The translations under genes were made by a program, and so were the position numbers. A stretch of 63,921 nt of DNA, filler included, from Malassezia furfur (taxonomy: Eukaryota): assembly GCA_052055015.1 (NCBI GenBank). It is 3 parts of 3 records of this genome, joined end to end, with 100 filler letters (N's around TTAATTAATTAA, not from the genome) between each part and the next. Parts side by side here need not be neighbours in the genome. Positions count along the whole stretch, not along the records: positions 1 to 21,962 come from JBQJIT010000164.1; 2 more parts are not named here. One strand, given 5' to 3'. Of the stretch, positions 1 to 10,075 are shown piece after piece; position 1 is the stretch's first letter, and each line of letters opens with the position of its first letter. The notes below the pieces were generated by a model, which saw only the letters and a list, made by a program, of their open reading frames with translations, had not been told where the DNA came from and did not search any database.

Positions 1-17
1 CCCCACTGACCCCCCAG

Positions 18-1211
18 TCGACCCGCTTGGGCCGCTCAGCTTTTTGCACCGCGTCGCCGAGGTGCTGCAGGCCTACCTCGTGGGCACGGACGAAGACGCC
101 TCCCAACTCACCGAGGATCTCGTCCTGGAGCACTTCGACACCGTATACCAGCTCCTCGAGGAGATGCTCGACGCGGACGGCAATGTGCTCGTGACCGAGC
201 CCAACACGCTGCGGGACATTGTGCTGCCGCCCAGCTGGCTCGACCGCCTCGCCAGCACCGTGGGCCTCGGAGGGTACGTCGACCGATTTACGCAGTGCAC
301 TCGACCGCCCGCGGCCGACGTTCGCGTCGCCGGTGCCATGGCGCCGGACGAACAGCAAGTATACAAAGAACGAGGTGTACCTCGACTTTGTCGAGCACCT
401 CGACGCAATCGTCGACCCGACCGGCAAGCCGGTCATGCTCGAGTTGCTGGGGCGCCTCGTGGCCACCACCTGGCTCAATGGCGTGCCGGAGCTCACCGTG
501 CCGCTCACCAAGCCGGCGCTCGTCCAGGATCCGGCCTTCCACCCGTGCGTCCGGCAGAAAAAATGGGCGGCCGCACAGACGCTCAACCTGGTGCCGCCCG
601 ACGGCACGGCCGAGCTTGCATCGTACCGCCTCACCCCCTCGCTCGGCGGCGAGGCCCGCACGCGCGCCTCGCTCGCGAGCATCGACACGACGCTGCCCCT
701 GTTTGTCGATGTCGAATGGGGCGACTGGGACGCCGCACGGGGATCGCACCCATTCACCATCACCGTCGAGTCGCGCCTCGGTGCACCGCGCACGCTCACC
801 GACGTCGCCATCGAGTGGCAGCTCGGCGACTTGGCGCACGGCGTCGATGCCTCGGTGCACGACCGCGGTGTGTCAGCGACCGCCCAGAGCGTGAGCTATA
901 CCCACGAGGCCGAGGACCAGAACGCATCTACTCCGGATGATGCCGTCGTGTTTGACCGTCGGCGTCACTTGCTGCGCTGGACGATCGCGCGTCTTCGGGC
1001 GGGCGCGGCGACCACGTTGCGCGGCACCGTCGCGGCGCACGGCGCGCCGTGCCGGCCGCTGTACGCGCTCCAGATCCGCTTCATGGTGCCAGGCCACTCC
1101 CTCACGGGTCTGCGCGCCAAAGAGATCCAGGTCAGTGGCCCGCCCACCCCGGCGCCCACCAAGGGCGTCCGCAACGCACTCACAGGCACGCTCGAGTGGC
1201 GCCGTCGGTAG
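18..1211 (+). CDS. Adaptor complex medium (mu) subunit, AP-3 mu-like; 5'-partial
   Basis: Motifs VYQLLEEMLD..G..TEPN.LRDIVLPP and PWRRTNSKYTKNEVYLDFVE..DAIVD, FHPCVR, VPPDG. A 22-nt intron (274-295, GTACGT..CGCAG) joins the two ORF frames; an upstream acceptor ends at 17. Confidence 0.8.
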
Positions 1212-1255
1212 TCCCTCCACATTTCCTAAAATGAGCCCTTTTCCTCCTCCACTTG

Positions 1256-2310
1256 CTACGGAGACGCCGAAGGCGCCGTGGAAGCCTGCGTATCGCCGCA
1301 CTTGGCGTTGATCTCCTGATCGAGCTTGGCAAGACGCGTCTCAGTCGCGAACAGAATTCGCGCGCGGCGCTCTTCCAGCTCGTCGGGATCCACCGCCGAG
1401 GAGCCAAGGGTATACGCGCCGCTCCCAGACCGCGCTGGCGGCTCGTACGTCGGCGCCTCCTGCAGCCGGTGCGTGCCGACCGCCTGGGCACGCTCAAACG
1501 CGTCCACCTCGTTGTTCAGCTGGCTGTTGAGCACCTTGAATTCGGGCGGGTGGTCCGAGATCTGAATAAGTGCTTGCGACGTACCTCGTTGTGCGCCAGC
1601 TCGTGCATCAAGACGCGCCGCGTCGTTTTGTAGTCACGCGTGCCGTCCGCAGCGTCGGTGCGGATCCGTAGGAGGATGCGCTGGCCCTTGTTCTCGTTGA
1701 GGCCAAGTAGATTGGGATGCTCATGGGGCAACAGCTCGGTGAGCGTGCCCACCTGGTACCCATGCGCGCGACACACATGCAGCACCGCCGGGTCGTTGGC
1801 CAGTCGTTCCAAGTACCGCAGGACGAGCGCATGGTACCGCTCAGTGGGCTGCGTGCCCGGATGCACAGCAAGCTGTCCAAACACCGCCAGCTGGCTCGGT
1901 GTGGCGGTGGACCGTGGCTGGGTGAGTCGGGTGTTTCCACGTACCTTGGCACCCCGCAAAAGACTCGGATGCAAGGTGCGAGGCGCATGGCGCCTGGCCC
2001 ATGCCGATTCCTGTTCGTGCACCCCTTGCACCTCGTCGTCCGTCGCACCCAACATGGTCAGCACAGCCCCATCGCGTAGTAAGGCGTCGTACAATGTAGT
2101 GTCGGCGGTGATTTGCTGCTGAATCACCTGCGCAAGGCGCGGCATTGTTCCTTCGCGCGTGCGCTGCGCGAGCCATTTTTGGTGTGAGGGGGCCACATGG
2201 GTCAACTGGTATACGTGTTCTTGTAGCTGAAGTACTGTATCGTCGCTGTGCACTGGCACCACGAGCTCCGCGCCGCGGTGGCGCACCCGGATGGTCCACG
2301 CTGCGTGCAT
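1256..2310 (-). CDS. Ubiquitin-like plus WLM (Wss1-family) zinc metalloprotease
   Basis: LLGLNENKGQRILLRIRTD and HELAHN zinc motif. A 23-nt intron (1562-1584) restores HELAHNE-ISDHPPEF. The N-terminus looks ubiquitin-like. Confidence 0.85.
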
Positions 2311-2752
2311 GCCACAGGAACAGGGAGGACTGTGCGCGCCTCCACGCACTGACGCGTCGTCGTCGTCGATGACGTAAGCCGAATTTTGGGCTGTGGAGTA
2401 AACTCCACGCCGTCCTCGGCCGCGAAGAGGGCGGTGGCCCCAGCGCAGCCTGACAAGCCATGGGTAAACTCCAAGTGTACCGCCATCTGTCCATCCGTCG
2501 GCTCCCTTGTCGGATCTGTGCGCCCAGATTGGTCAACCTTTTCCGATATGCGCGGTAAACTCCGACCAACATGAATTCTGATCGGCCGCTTCTTGGCGCA
2601 ATGCAGGCGTGAAGTGTATATGAAGCGTGCTTAGGCCGCACTCATTTCGTCTTCTCATCCCCCTCCCCTCTCCTTGAACCCTTCGTGCGTTGATCGCCGT
2701 TCACGTTCAGTGACTTCTTCTCTCGTTCCCTTCCGATCGCACCATCCTATCC

Positions 2753-4003
2753 ATGAAGCTTACCGCGTCCACCATTCTTTCCGCTCTGCTGCTTGCGTCT
2801 GTGACGCAGGCTGCTCCCATCGACCCTCATTCTGTGGACCGTCGTGACTTTGTGGAAGAACAGGGCCAGATCGCACAGAGCATTGCAGCCGGTCTGCAAT
2901 CGTTCGCCTCCCACGTCCAGCACCATGGCTACCACCACCAGGCCACGTCGGGGCTCAGTGACGGGCGCAACGCCGCGGCTGTCTTGAGCTCGGAGTGGGT
3001 CCCGCAGGGTTCGAGCACGGCCGGCGTTGCCGGGTCCTCTTCTGGCTCGTCGAGCCCCTCGTCCTCCTCGTCGGACTCGGGCTGGTCCTGGTCGCTGCCG
3101 TGGGGGTCGTCTTCTTCGGGCCGCTCGTCTGCGACGTCTGACTCTTCCTCCTCCTCCTCCTCCTCTTCCCCCTCCTCCTCCTCATCTTCCTCTTCTGCCT
3201 CCCCTTCTTCGACTGGCTCCAGCGGAAACTCGACGAGCAGCAGCAGCTCGCCGCTCTCCGGGAAGCCCAAGCTCGGTCTCGCTTGGCCGAACGGGGGTAG
3301 CATGAACATCGGCAACTGGATCACCAACAAGGTGTCGTGGTACTACTCGTGGAACCCGACGCCTGGCTGGAAGAATGCGCCCACCAACATCACGTTCTGC
3401 CCGATGCTTTGGGGCGACAAGAGCGTGAGCAGCTTCCGCAAGCATGTGCTGAACAACCTGGATGGCAAGAACAACCAGGGCAAGTGTGTCATGGGCATGA
3501 ACGAGGTGAACCAGCGCGGCCAGGCTGACATGTCTGTGTCGCACGCCTGCAGTCTCATGCGCGAGAACGTCTTGCCGCTCAAGCGCCACGGTTGGTACAT
3601 TGTGTCTCCGGTGACTACCAACGCGCCGAGCGGCCAGACGTGGATGGACAAGTTCCGCTCGAACTGCAGCGACGTCTGGGAAGCCATTGATGCTGTTGCC
3701 GTACACTACTACGACACATCCGTCAACAAGTTCAAGAACTACGTCACTGAGTGGCACAACCGCTACGACAAGCCGATCTGGGTCACGGAGTACGCCTGCC
3801 AGAACTTTAACGGCGGCTCGCAGTGCTCGGAATCGAAGGCATACAACTTCCACACCACCATGGCAAGCTGGTTCGACGAGCAAGACTTTGTCGAGGCCTA
3901 CTCGCCGTTTGGTGTGATGCAGAACATGCAGGGCGTCTCCTCGACGAACGATTTGGCCAACGGCCAGCACCCGACGACCCTGTACAATGCGATCTCTGGT
4001 TAA
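2753..4003 (+). CDS. Secreted GH128 (Asl1-like) beta-1,3-glucanase with Ser-rich linker
   Basis: Signal peptide and poly-Ser linker, then KLGLAW, WYYSW, FCPMLWG, GMNEVN, AVHYY, KPIWVTEYAC. Confidence 0.85.
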   Translation: MKLTASTILSALLLASVTQAAPIDPHSVDRRDFVEEQGQIAQSIAAGLQSFASHVQHHGYHHQATSGLSDGRNAAAVLSSEWVPQGSSTAGVAGSSSGSSSPSSSSSDSGWSWSLPWGSSSSGRSSATSDSSSSSSSSSPSSSSSSSSASPSSTGSSGNSTSSSSSPLSGKPKLGLAWPNGGSMNIGNWITNKVSWYYSWNPTPGWKNAPTNITFCPMLWGDKSVSSFRKHVLNNLDGKNNQGKCVMGMNEVNQRGQADMSVSHACSLMRENVLPLKRHGWYIVSPVTTNAPSGQTWMDKFRSNCSDVWEAIDAVAVHYYDTSVNKFKNYVTEWHNRYDKPIWVTEYACQNFNGGSQCSESKAYNFHTTMASWFDEQDFVEAYSPFGVMQNMQGVSSTNDLANGQHPTTLYNAISG

Positions 4004-4611
4004 ACGGAGGTTTACTACGAAGTCGCATTCTGGTGGTTTTGTCCGCGTGTTTTGCCCCTCACAACGTTGTGTCGTGTCCACTGTCCAATATCCCCCCACA
4101 TTGCCCTGAGCTGGTCTCGTGTTTGCAATGTTTCCTGTGCCCCCTGTAATCCCCTGTGCCAGTCGATTTGTCTATCCCTATCCCATTCTCATTCCAACCG
4201 TCCATAGTACGAATGGACAATGACACTTGATCATCTCGTGTGCCCCGCAGTCTACACTGGACCCTGTCCTTTGTCGACCGAATGATGACCTCGGATGGAC
4301 GCGCCCATGCGCCAAACTGCGTCAACCAACAGCACTGCCCCAGAGCAAGTGGGCCAATGAGTTCGCGTGACCCGAAGATAATTGGTAGAACCCCACCGGA
4401 TCATTTATTTTGCTCAGTCTAATTATTAAATTCAGGAGGCGGAGTCTTCCGTTGTTTGCCTGTGCACCGATTCGAGACAATCTGTCGCGCCGCCAGTGTC
4501 ATACGCTAGCGAATTGGCTGCGACACTGGTTGTTTGTTTGTCTTGGCTAGTCTCATATTACTAGGCCATCCACTACCTGTTCACCGTCGAGACAGGGTTG
4601 GGGACGGCAAG

Positions 4612-6474
4612 ATGAAGTCGCTAAAGGACTTGCGCATGACGCTGAAGGATAGACCTTCTTCTGGATCTCGTTCTGCCTCGGTTTCGATAGGAGGCACCAA
4701 GCATGCCAGCTCACTCCAGCCCCCCAAGCAGGTGATTCATGCGGCCATGGGATACGAGTCTCAGAGCCCGTCCGAGCTGAGCTTCCACCGCGGCGATTTC
4801 TTTCACGTCGTTGCAAGCCAGACGCCAGGACTCCGGCCCGGTTGGATCGAGGCATGCAATCCGATGACCAATGCGCGAGGCCTGGTCCCCGAATCCCACT
4901 TTGATATCCTGCAGCGCAGCTCACCCGCGACAGCGTTCAACTTGACGGGTCGCAGCGAGCTCAACCCCAATGGCATCCTGCCCGGCTCGTCTTCCACCCG
5001 GTCACGGCCCCCTTCGGGAAGCTCGCCCAGCAGCTGGTTTGCGACCGTCAAGCACGACTTTTTGGCGGAGCGGTCACAGGAGCTGGACGCCAAAGAGGGC
5101 GACAGCCTGCTCGTGGTAGCACGGTCGGACATGGACTGGCTGGTCGCCAAGCCTTTGGGCCGCCTGGGCCTGCCCGGGCTCATCCCGACAGGGTTCATTG
5201 TGTTCCGCGATACGGTCACGGGTGAGCCCATTTCCAACACTGCATCCAAGTCGATCGTCGATCAACTGCCCACTGTACAAGAATGGCAGGAGAAGAACGA
5301 ACGCTACCATCGGAACGCTATACCCCTTGGCCGCTTTGAGACGGCGGCGATCGAACCATCGACACTGACCAAGACGCGAGACAGTCCGTTGCCCCCCCTC
5401 CCCGGCGACCATGTTGCGAATACGGATACTATGTCTCATCGAAGGTCCTATTCTCCCCGTAATTCTTCGACGCTGGACGACAACTTTGCGACGACCCACG
5501 ACCCCATTTCGCCCCACATGCACCCCCACTCGCCTGTGTATTCCACCAACCGGACTTCGCGGTCAAGTCCTACGGATCAGTCGCTCACCCAATCCATGTA
5601 CTTTTTGCCAGCTGGCCTCATGATCTCGGCGGCGGTGGACGCTTTTCATTATGAACCCAACGATTACTGGTATCGGTTGCGTGTCTCTTACGTTTCCACT
5701 CTGTCTTCTGCGGATGCTCCCGATAAACCGCAGGGCCACGAAGTGCGTGAGCTAGTCTTGTACCGCTTGTACGAGGACTTTGTCGAGTTTCATGCTTCTT
5801 TGGCGCACGAGTTAATGGGCAACAACCCATCCAGTGACTCGGTCCTCCTTGATTCTCTCCCCCATCTTCCTGTATCCTTGTCGAAAATCGACGAGCGGGC
5901 GGCCTCGCAGCGCCGGGCGGAGCTGGACGTCTATCTACGGCAACTGTCGACGTGCAGCGAACAGATCCTTCGGTCTGCTCCCGTTCGAGGGTTCCTCGAG
6001 TTGCGCCCTGGCGACCGCTGCAAAACTTCGGTGACCGTGTCGAAGCCACGCCTTGGGGGGGGATCAACCTCCGGATCGCCGAATCATTCTGAATTTGACC
6101 TTGCTTCACGTCTCCAAGGTTCCACGGCCGTTACCAATCCGCGCCGCTATTCGCACAATGAGTCGTTGTCTCCGACAATGTCCTCCAAGCGCAGCTCGGA
6201 AGCTACGCTACCGATCGATTCGGCTCCGTATTTCCGCGTGAAAGTGGTGCGACGGGACGACCCGGAACATATCTTGGCCGTACGGATGCCGCCCAATTTT
6301 TCTTACCAATACTTACTGCAAAAGATCCAAGATCGTCTTGGATCAGATCTCCGCGTCTTGCAGCCTAGCGAGCAACGAGACGGGATGACACTTTTTAACG
6401 ACGACGATGTCCATGCATGGATGCACGCAGCCCTGACCTCGGGCCAAAAGCTCTTCCTCTATGCGGACAAGTAG
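4612..6474 (+). CDS. BEM1: Polarity scaffold Bem1/Scd2 (SH3-SH3-PX-PB1)
   Basis: SH3 (ELSFHRGDFFHV..RGLVP), second SH3 (HDFLAERSQELDAKEGD..PLGRLGLPGLIP), PX (LYRLYEDFVEFH..RRAELDVYL) and C-terminal PB1. Confidence 0.88.
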   Translation: MKSLKDLRMTLKDRPSSGSRSASVSIGGTKHASSLQPPKQVIHAAMGYESQSPSELSFHRGDFFHVVASQTPGLRPGWIEACNPMTNARGLVPESHFDILQRSSPATAFNLTGRSELNPNGILPGSSSTRSRPPSGSSPSSWFATVKHDFLAERSQELDAKEGDSLLVVARSDMDWLVAKPLGRLGLPGLIPTGFIVFRDTVTGEPISNTASKSIVDQLPTVQEWQEKNERYHRNAIPLGRFETAAIEPSTLTKTRDSPLPPLPGDHVANTDTMSHRRSYSPRNSSTLDDNFATTHDPISPHMHPHSPVYSTNRTSRSSPTDQSLTQSMYFLPAGLMISAAVDAFHYEPNDYWYRLRVSYVSTLSSADAPDKPQGHEVRELVLYRLYEDFVEFHASLAHELMGNNPSSDSVLLDSLPHLPVSLSKIDERAASQRRAELDVYLRQLSTCSEQILRSAPVRGFLELRPGDRCKTSVTVSKPRLGGGSTSGSPNHSEFDLASRLQGSTAVTNPRRYSHNESLSPTMSSKRSSEATLPIDSAPYFRVKVVRRDDPEHILAVRMPPNFSYQYLLQKIQDRLGSDLRVLQPSEQRDGMTLFNDDDVHAWMHAALTSGQKLFLYADK

Positions 6475-6871
6475 CGGAAACACCACCGCATTCATCGATA
6501 CTAAAACATCTTTTCCCTTAACCGCTACCAAACACTGATTTTTCTTTTTATTTCTTTTCTTTTTTTGGAGATCCCCTTACCGATGAACGCACACACCAAC
6601 GTATCTTGTACAGTTCAGTATAGATGAGCCCCAATCCGATGGCTTTTTGGTTGAAAACACCACGAATGGGCATTCTGAAGCGAATAGGTGTTTGGGAGCC
6701 TGCCCGCCAACACCGCTTCATTGCATACAAGATATCGTGTGGTAGAGCGACCACTCTTGACCGAAATGCGATGTAGACGTGGCAAGCTGTCCGAATTACA
6801 CCATGTCTGGGAGTCCCTTGCCATATGCACGATGGTTCCCGGGCAACGTACGGGGAAGCACCCTCGTCCTC

Positions 6872-7633
6872 TTACTCCTGGCTCTCCTCGTGCACCATAC
6901 CGTCGGTGATGTACGGAGGAATACCACCGAAGCCTTCGAGGGCCTGGCGCTTCTCGTTCGCGTGCACCATGCCGTCCGTGATGTACGGGGGAATGCCACC
7001 CATGCCCTCCTCAGCCTGGCGCTTCTCGTTCACGTGAACCATACCGTCGGTGATGTACGGGGGAATACCGCCCATACCCTCCTCAGCCTGACGCTTCTCG
7101 TTCACGTGGACCATACCGTCGGTGATGTATGGAGGAATGCCACCGAAGCCTTCCAGGGCCTGGCGCTTCTCGTTCGCGTGCACCATGCCGTCGGTGATGT
7201 ACGGGGGAATGCCACCCATGCCCTCCTCAGCCTGGCGCTTCTCAACCATGGTAATCTCGTTGGGGATCCACTTGCCCTCTGGGCGCTGGCGCTTCATCAT
7301 CTTGTCCTGGGGCGCAGCAGCCTGCTCGCCACGCTTCTCGACCATAGTGATCTCGTTGGGGATCCACTTGCCCTCGGTCTTGCCATCGCGCTTCATGACC
7401 TGGTAGATGTAGTTAGGGACCCACTTGCCCTGGGGCTTCGCGGCTTCCTCATCGCGCTTCTCGACCATGGTGATCTCGTTGGGGATCCACTTGCCCTCAA
7501 CCGTCCCACCACGCTTCTCAACCATAGTGATCTCGTTGGGGATCCACTTGCCCTCCTTCTGGATGGGCGAAGCCTTCACGATCACAGCGCTCAGAGCGCA
7601 CGCAACAAACAGAGCCGAAAGCTTGACCTGCAT
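6872..7633 (-). CDS. Secreted Kex2-processed repeat protein (multi-core peptide precursor), 253 aa
   Basis: Signal peptide MQVKLSALFVACALSAVIVKA, then 11 segments separated by 10 KR sites: 4x EGKWIPNEITMVEKR, one variant, one short segment and 5x QAxEGxGGIPPYITDGMVH. TATATA lies about 65 bp upstream. Confidence 0.9.
   Translation of the reverse strand: MQVKLSALFVACALSAVIVKASPIQKEGKWIPNEITMVEKRGGTVEGKWIPNEITMVEKRDEEAAKPQGKWVPNYIYQVMKRDGKTEGKWIPNEITMVEKRGEQAAAPQDKMMKRQRPEGKWIPNEITMVEKRQAEEGMGGIPPYITDGMVHANEKRQALEGFGGIPPYITDGMVHVNEKRQAEEGMGGIPPYITDGMVHVNEKRQAEEGMGGIPPYITDGMVHANEKRQALEGFGGIPPYITDGMVHEESQE
6875..7234 (-). repeat. Five tandem 72-bp coding repeats (type B peptide units)
   Basis: Units 6875-6946, 6947-7018, 7019-7090, 7091-7162 and 7163-7234 are near-identical. 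Confidence 0.95.
7235..7570 (-). repeat. Imperfect coding repeats (type A peptide units)
   Basis: Recurrent (A/G)GT(A/G)ATCTCGTTGGGGATCCACTTGCCCTC on the plus strand, encoding EGKWIPNEIT. Confidence 0.9.
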
Positions 7634-7697
7634 GCTGGAAAGAGGACAACGATGCGCGAGGCAGAGCTGGGTGATTAAAGAGATGGACCCGAGATAG

Positions 7698-7703
7698 TAT
7701 ATA
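7698..7703 (-). promoter_or_regulatory. Putative TATA box of the repeat-peptide precursor gene
   Basis: TATATA about 65 bp upstream of the ATG at 7633. Confidence 0.45.
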
Positions 7704-8110
7704 GGGATTGCGGTTTCAGGGGCCTGGTGATCCGTTTCCCCCCGTTCCCTACTATCCAAGTTAAAATGGAAATTGCGCATCTTATTCGTTCATTTGTGAA
7801 TGTGCCAAGTTACCTGCATGGATTCTGTGCTTTCTGCCTGGCCTTATGCAATCCATGCGCTCCGCTACAGCGCGCATGTATGATTGGCTTTGGGCGGAGC
7901 AAGCCACGTGACTCTCGACGCCGCCCGACTTCGTCGCCCATCCAACACCCACGGCCCTGCGGTGCTTGAAGCGCACGCGTCGGAATACGCGATCCAGCTT
8001 CATTGCACGGCGGCTCTCCTCCAAAAAACCCTCAAGGTCGGATGATCTTTGTCCCAGAACGCCAGCGTTGATCTCACGGCTGATTGTTCCGTCGGAAGTC
8101 TACATTTCCC

Positions 8111-9643
8111 ATGACGAACCCCTCGGACTCGAAACACACCCCGCAGCGGTCGTCGTTCCATCAGGACACCTCGGACAAATCTCGGCGATATTCAGGGGCG
8201 CAGTCTCGGAATAGCCGTCATCTGTCCGGCTCGCCTGCGCCAGGGGTGCCCAACTACCTCCCGATGCCGGCGGACGCCCTGGGCCGCGGCGCCGGCGTCC
8301 CCGATATGATGCAGTGGCCCATGGCTGGCGCGCCGAACAACGTATCTATGCTTGCGGACGCGTACGGCGCATCTCATGGCCAGCCTCAGTCGGGTATGGG
8401 GGGTATGAACTGGTTCAATGGTGCAAACCCTCTCGCGATGGGTGACCTAAACCAAGCGTCGTTTGGGATGCCGCTCATGGGCGGCGGCCCCGCCGGCATG
8501 CCGAACGTGCCCCAGCTCTCCACTGCGCAGCTCGCACAGCAGCTGAACGCGCTGCACCTCCAAAATCAACAAAATGAGCAGATTCTTATGCAACAAAACA
8601 AGCTGCTGGCGCAGATCCAAGCGGCGCAGGAGCTGCGTGCCCAAGCGGAGCTCGAGGCGTCCACTGCGCAACAGCAGCAGCAGCAGCAAAACAACCCCTT
8701 GCTCCAATTCGCTCAGTCCCATCAGATACCAACGGATCTTCCCACGAATCGCCGCCACGCCATCAGTTCACGCCCTAAGCACTCCTCGGAGCAAGTGCCG
8801 CCTCGGTCGCACTCGCCCAATCCCGCGCGGGCCTCAGCACCGCAGGGCAACCGGTTCAGCTCCGGCTCCGGCTCGCCCTCGATCAACTTGCCTAGCGGTG
8901 GGCAGCTTCCACCGGACCTGTCCAAGGCGCTGTCCGCCATGAATGCCATTCGGCAATCTACCAGCGATGCCCACTACGACACGCCTGACTCCTCGTTCAG
9001 CCAAAGTCCCCGGCCCTCTTCCTATTCGGGCCGCGACCGGAACCGCGAAAGCGGCAGCTGGGCGCAGAATCCGCGCAGCGACGCGCGTCGCACATCGGCG
9101 GTGCAACGCAGCGAGCGCGCCCCAGAGTTCCACACTCCGGACCGGGCGCAGGCGTCCCCGCCCTCGATTATCATTGACCGCGCGGAGATGGAGTCGAGCA
9201 CGCTTTCGCCTCTGCCGCCGTCCATCCCCGTGGATGTCAACTCCGTCGGGATGCGCATTGGGCAGCGGATTGTTCCGGGGGTCAACGCGGAGTCGAGCGC
9301 AGGAACCACTTTGCCAAGCACGCCCAACAGTCGTCCAGACAAGCGCCATTCGTATTCGGAACTCGGTGCGAACAAATCTGGTGGCGCGCGGGGCCCGGAG
9401 CAAGTGAGTCCCAGGCCCTTGAGTATGTCGGCGGCGACACAGACGCCCCTGATCCAGCCCCGGCGTCAGCCGCGCGGCCCTCCTACGGAATCCTTCTTCG
9501 CAAACAATTTCCTCGCACGCCGCTCGCTGCGTACGCGCCGTGAGGCTATGTCGAAACTATGTGCAAGCCCCCGTGCCGCGAGTTTCAGCGGACCCAAACC
9601 CAACGCGCAAGCCGTCTCGTCCCCTCTAGCCCGTCAATCGTGA
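8111..9643 (+). CDS. Hypothetical Q/N/S-rich low-complexity protein
   Basis: Long ORF with an M/G/N-rich segment, a poly-Q coiled segment and C-terminal QPRRQPRGPP..NNFLARR..RREAMSKL. Confidence 0.7.
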   Translation: MTNPSDSKHTPQRSSFHQDTSDKSRRYSGAQSRNSRHLSGSPAPGVPNYLPMPADALGRGAGVPDMMQWPMAGAPNNVSMLADAYGASHGQPQSGMGGMNWFNGANPLAMGDLNQASFGMPLMGGGPAGMPNVPQLSTAQLAQQLNALHLQNQQNEQILMQQNKLLAQIQAAQELRAQAELEASTAQQQQQQQNNPLLQFAQSHQIPTDLPTNRRHAISSRPKHSSEQVPPRSHSPNPARASAPQGNRFSSGSGSPSINLPSGGQLPPDLSKALSAMNAIRQSTSDAHYDTPDSSFSQSPRPSSYSGRDRNRESGSWAQNPRSDARRTSAVQRSERAPEFHTPDRAQASPPSIIIDRAEMESSTLSPLPPSIPVDVNSVGMRIGQRIVPGVNAESSAGTTLPSTPNSRPDKRHSYSELGANKSGGARGPEQVSPRPLSMSAATQTPLIQPRRQPRGPPTESFFANNFLARRSLRTRREAMSKLCASPRAASFSGPKPNAQAVSSPLARQS

Positions 9644-10075
9644 CCTCCACCAGCCTGTGAATAACCTTTCTACCGAATTGCACATGGTTCCCAATTTCTT
9701 CCAATTGCAAAACAAGCCCCGAGCCGCAGTCGGAGTTTTTGGCGGACTTAGGTTGGCGTTCTTCTGACCATCGGATCGTTTTTTTTAAATGGCCAATCAC
9801 ATATTTTCTCGCCAGGCGTCGGAAGCCGATGGACATGTCAATTATTGGCGGGCGCATGAATCGATTCGATCGCGCCCACAAGACGCGCGCTTAAGGCGTG
9901 AGATTGGAAATTTTGAAGAAGCAAGGGTGCACGACTCGTGAATGACAATTTCGGCAGGCACCGGACCAACGGATTTGCAAAGGAGGGTGCAAGAAGCGCC
10001 CTAACCGGCCGTGTACTTGGCTTTCTCCAGACGCCCGCGTGAACGGTCGTCCTTGCACGACCTGGCAACGCCACC

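Noticed and set aside
6875..7570. Repeat array as CRISPR, or as a basidiomycete mating pheromone
   Set aside because: The repeats are in-frame coding units with no unique spacers and no cas genes, and there is no C-terminal CAAX motif.
6779..7678. 299-aa plus-strand ORF over the peptide precursor
   Set aside because: Antisense shadow; the signal peptide, KR sites and TATA box all support the minus strand.
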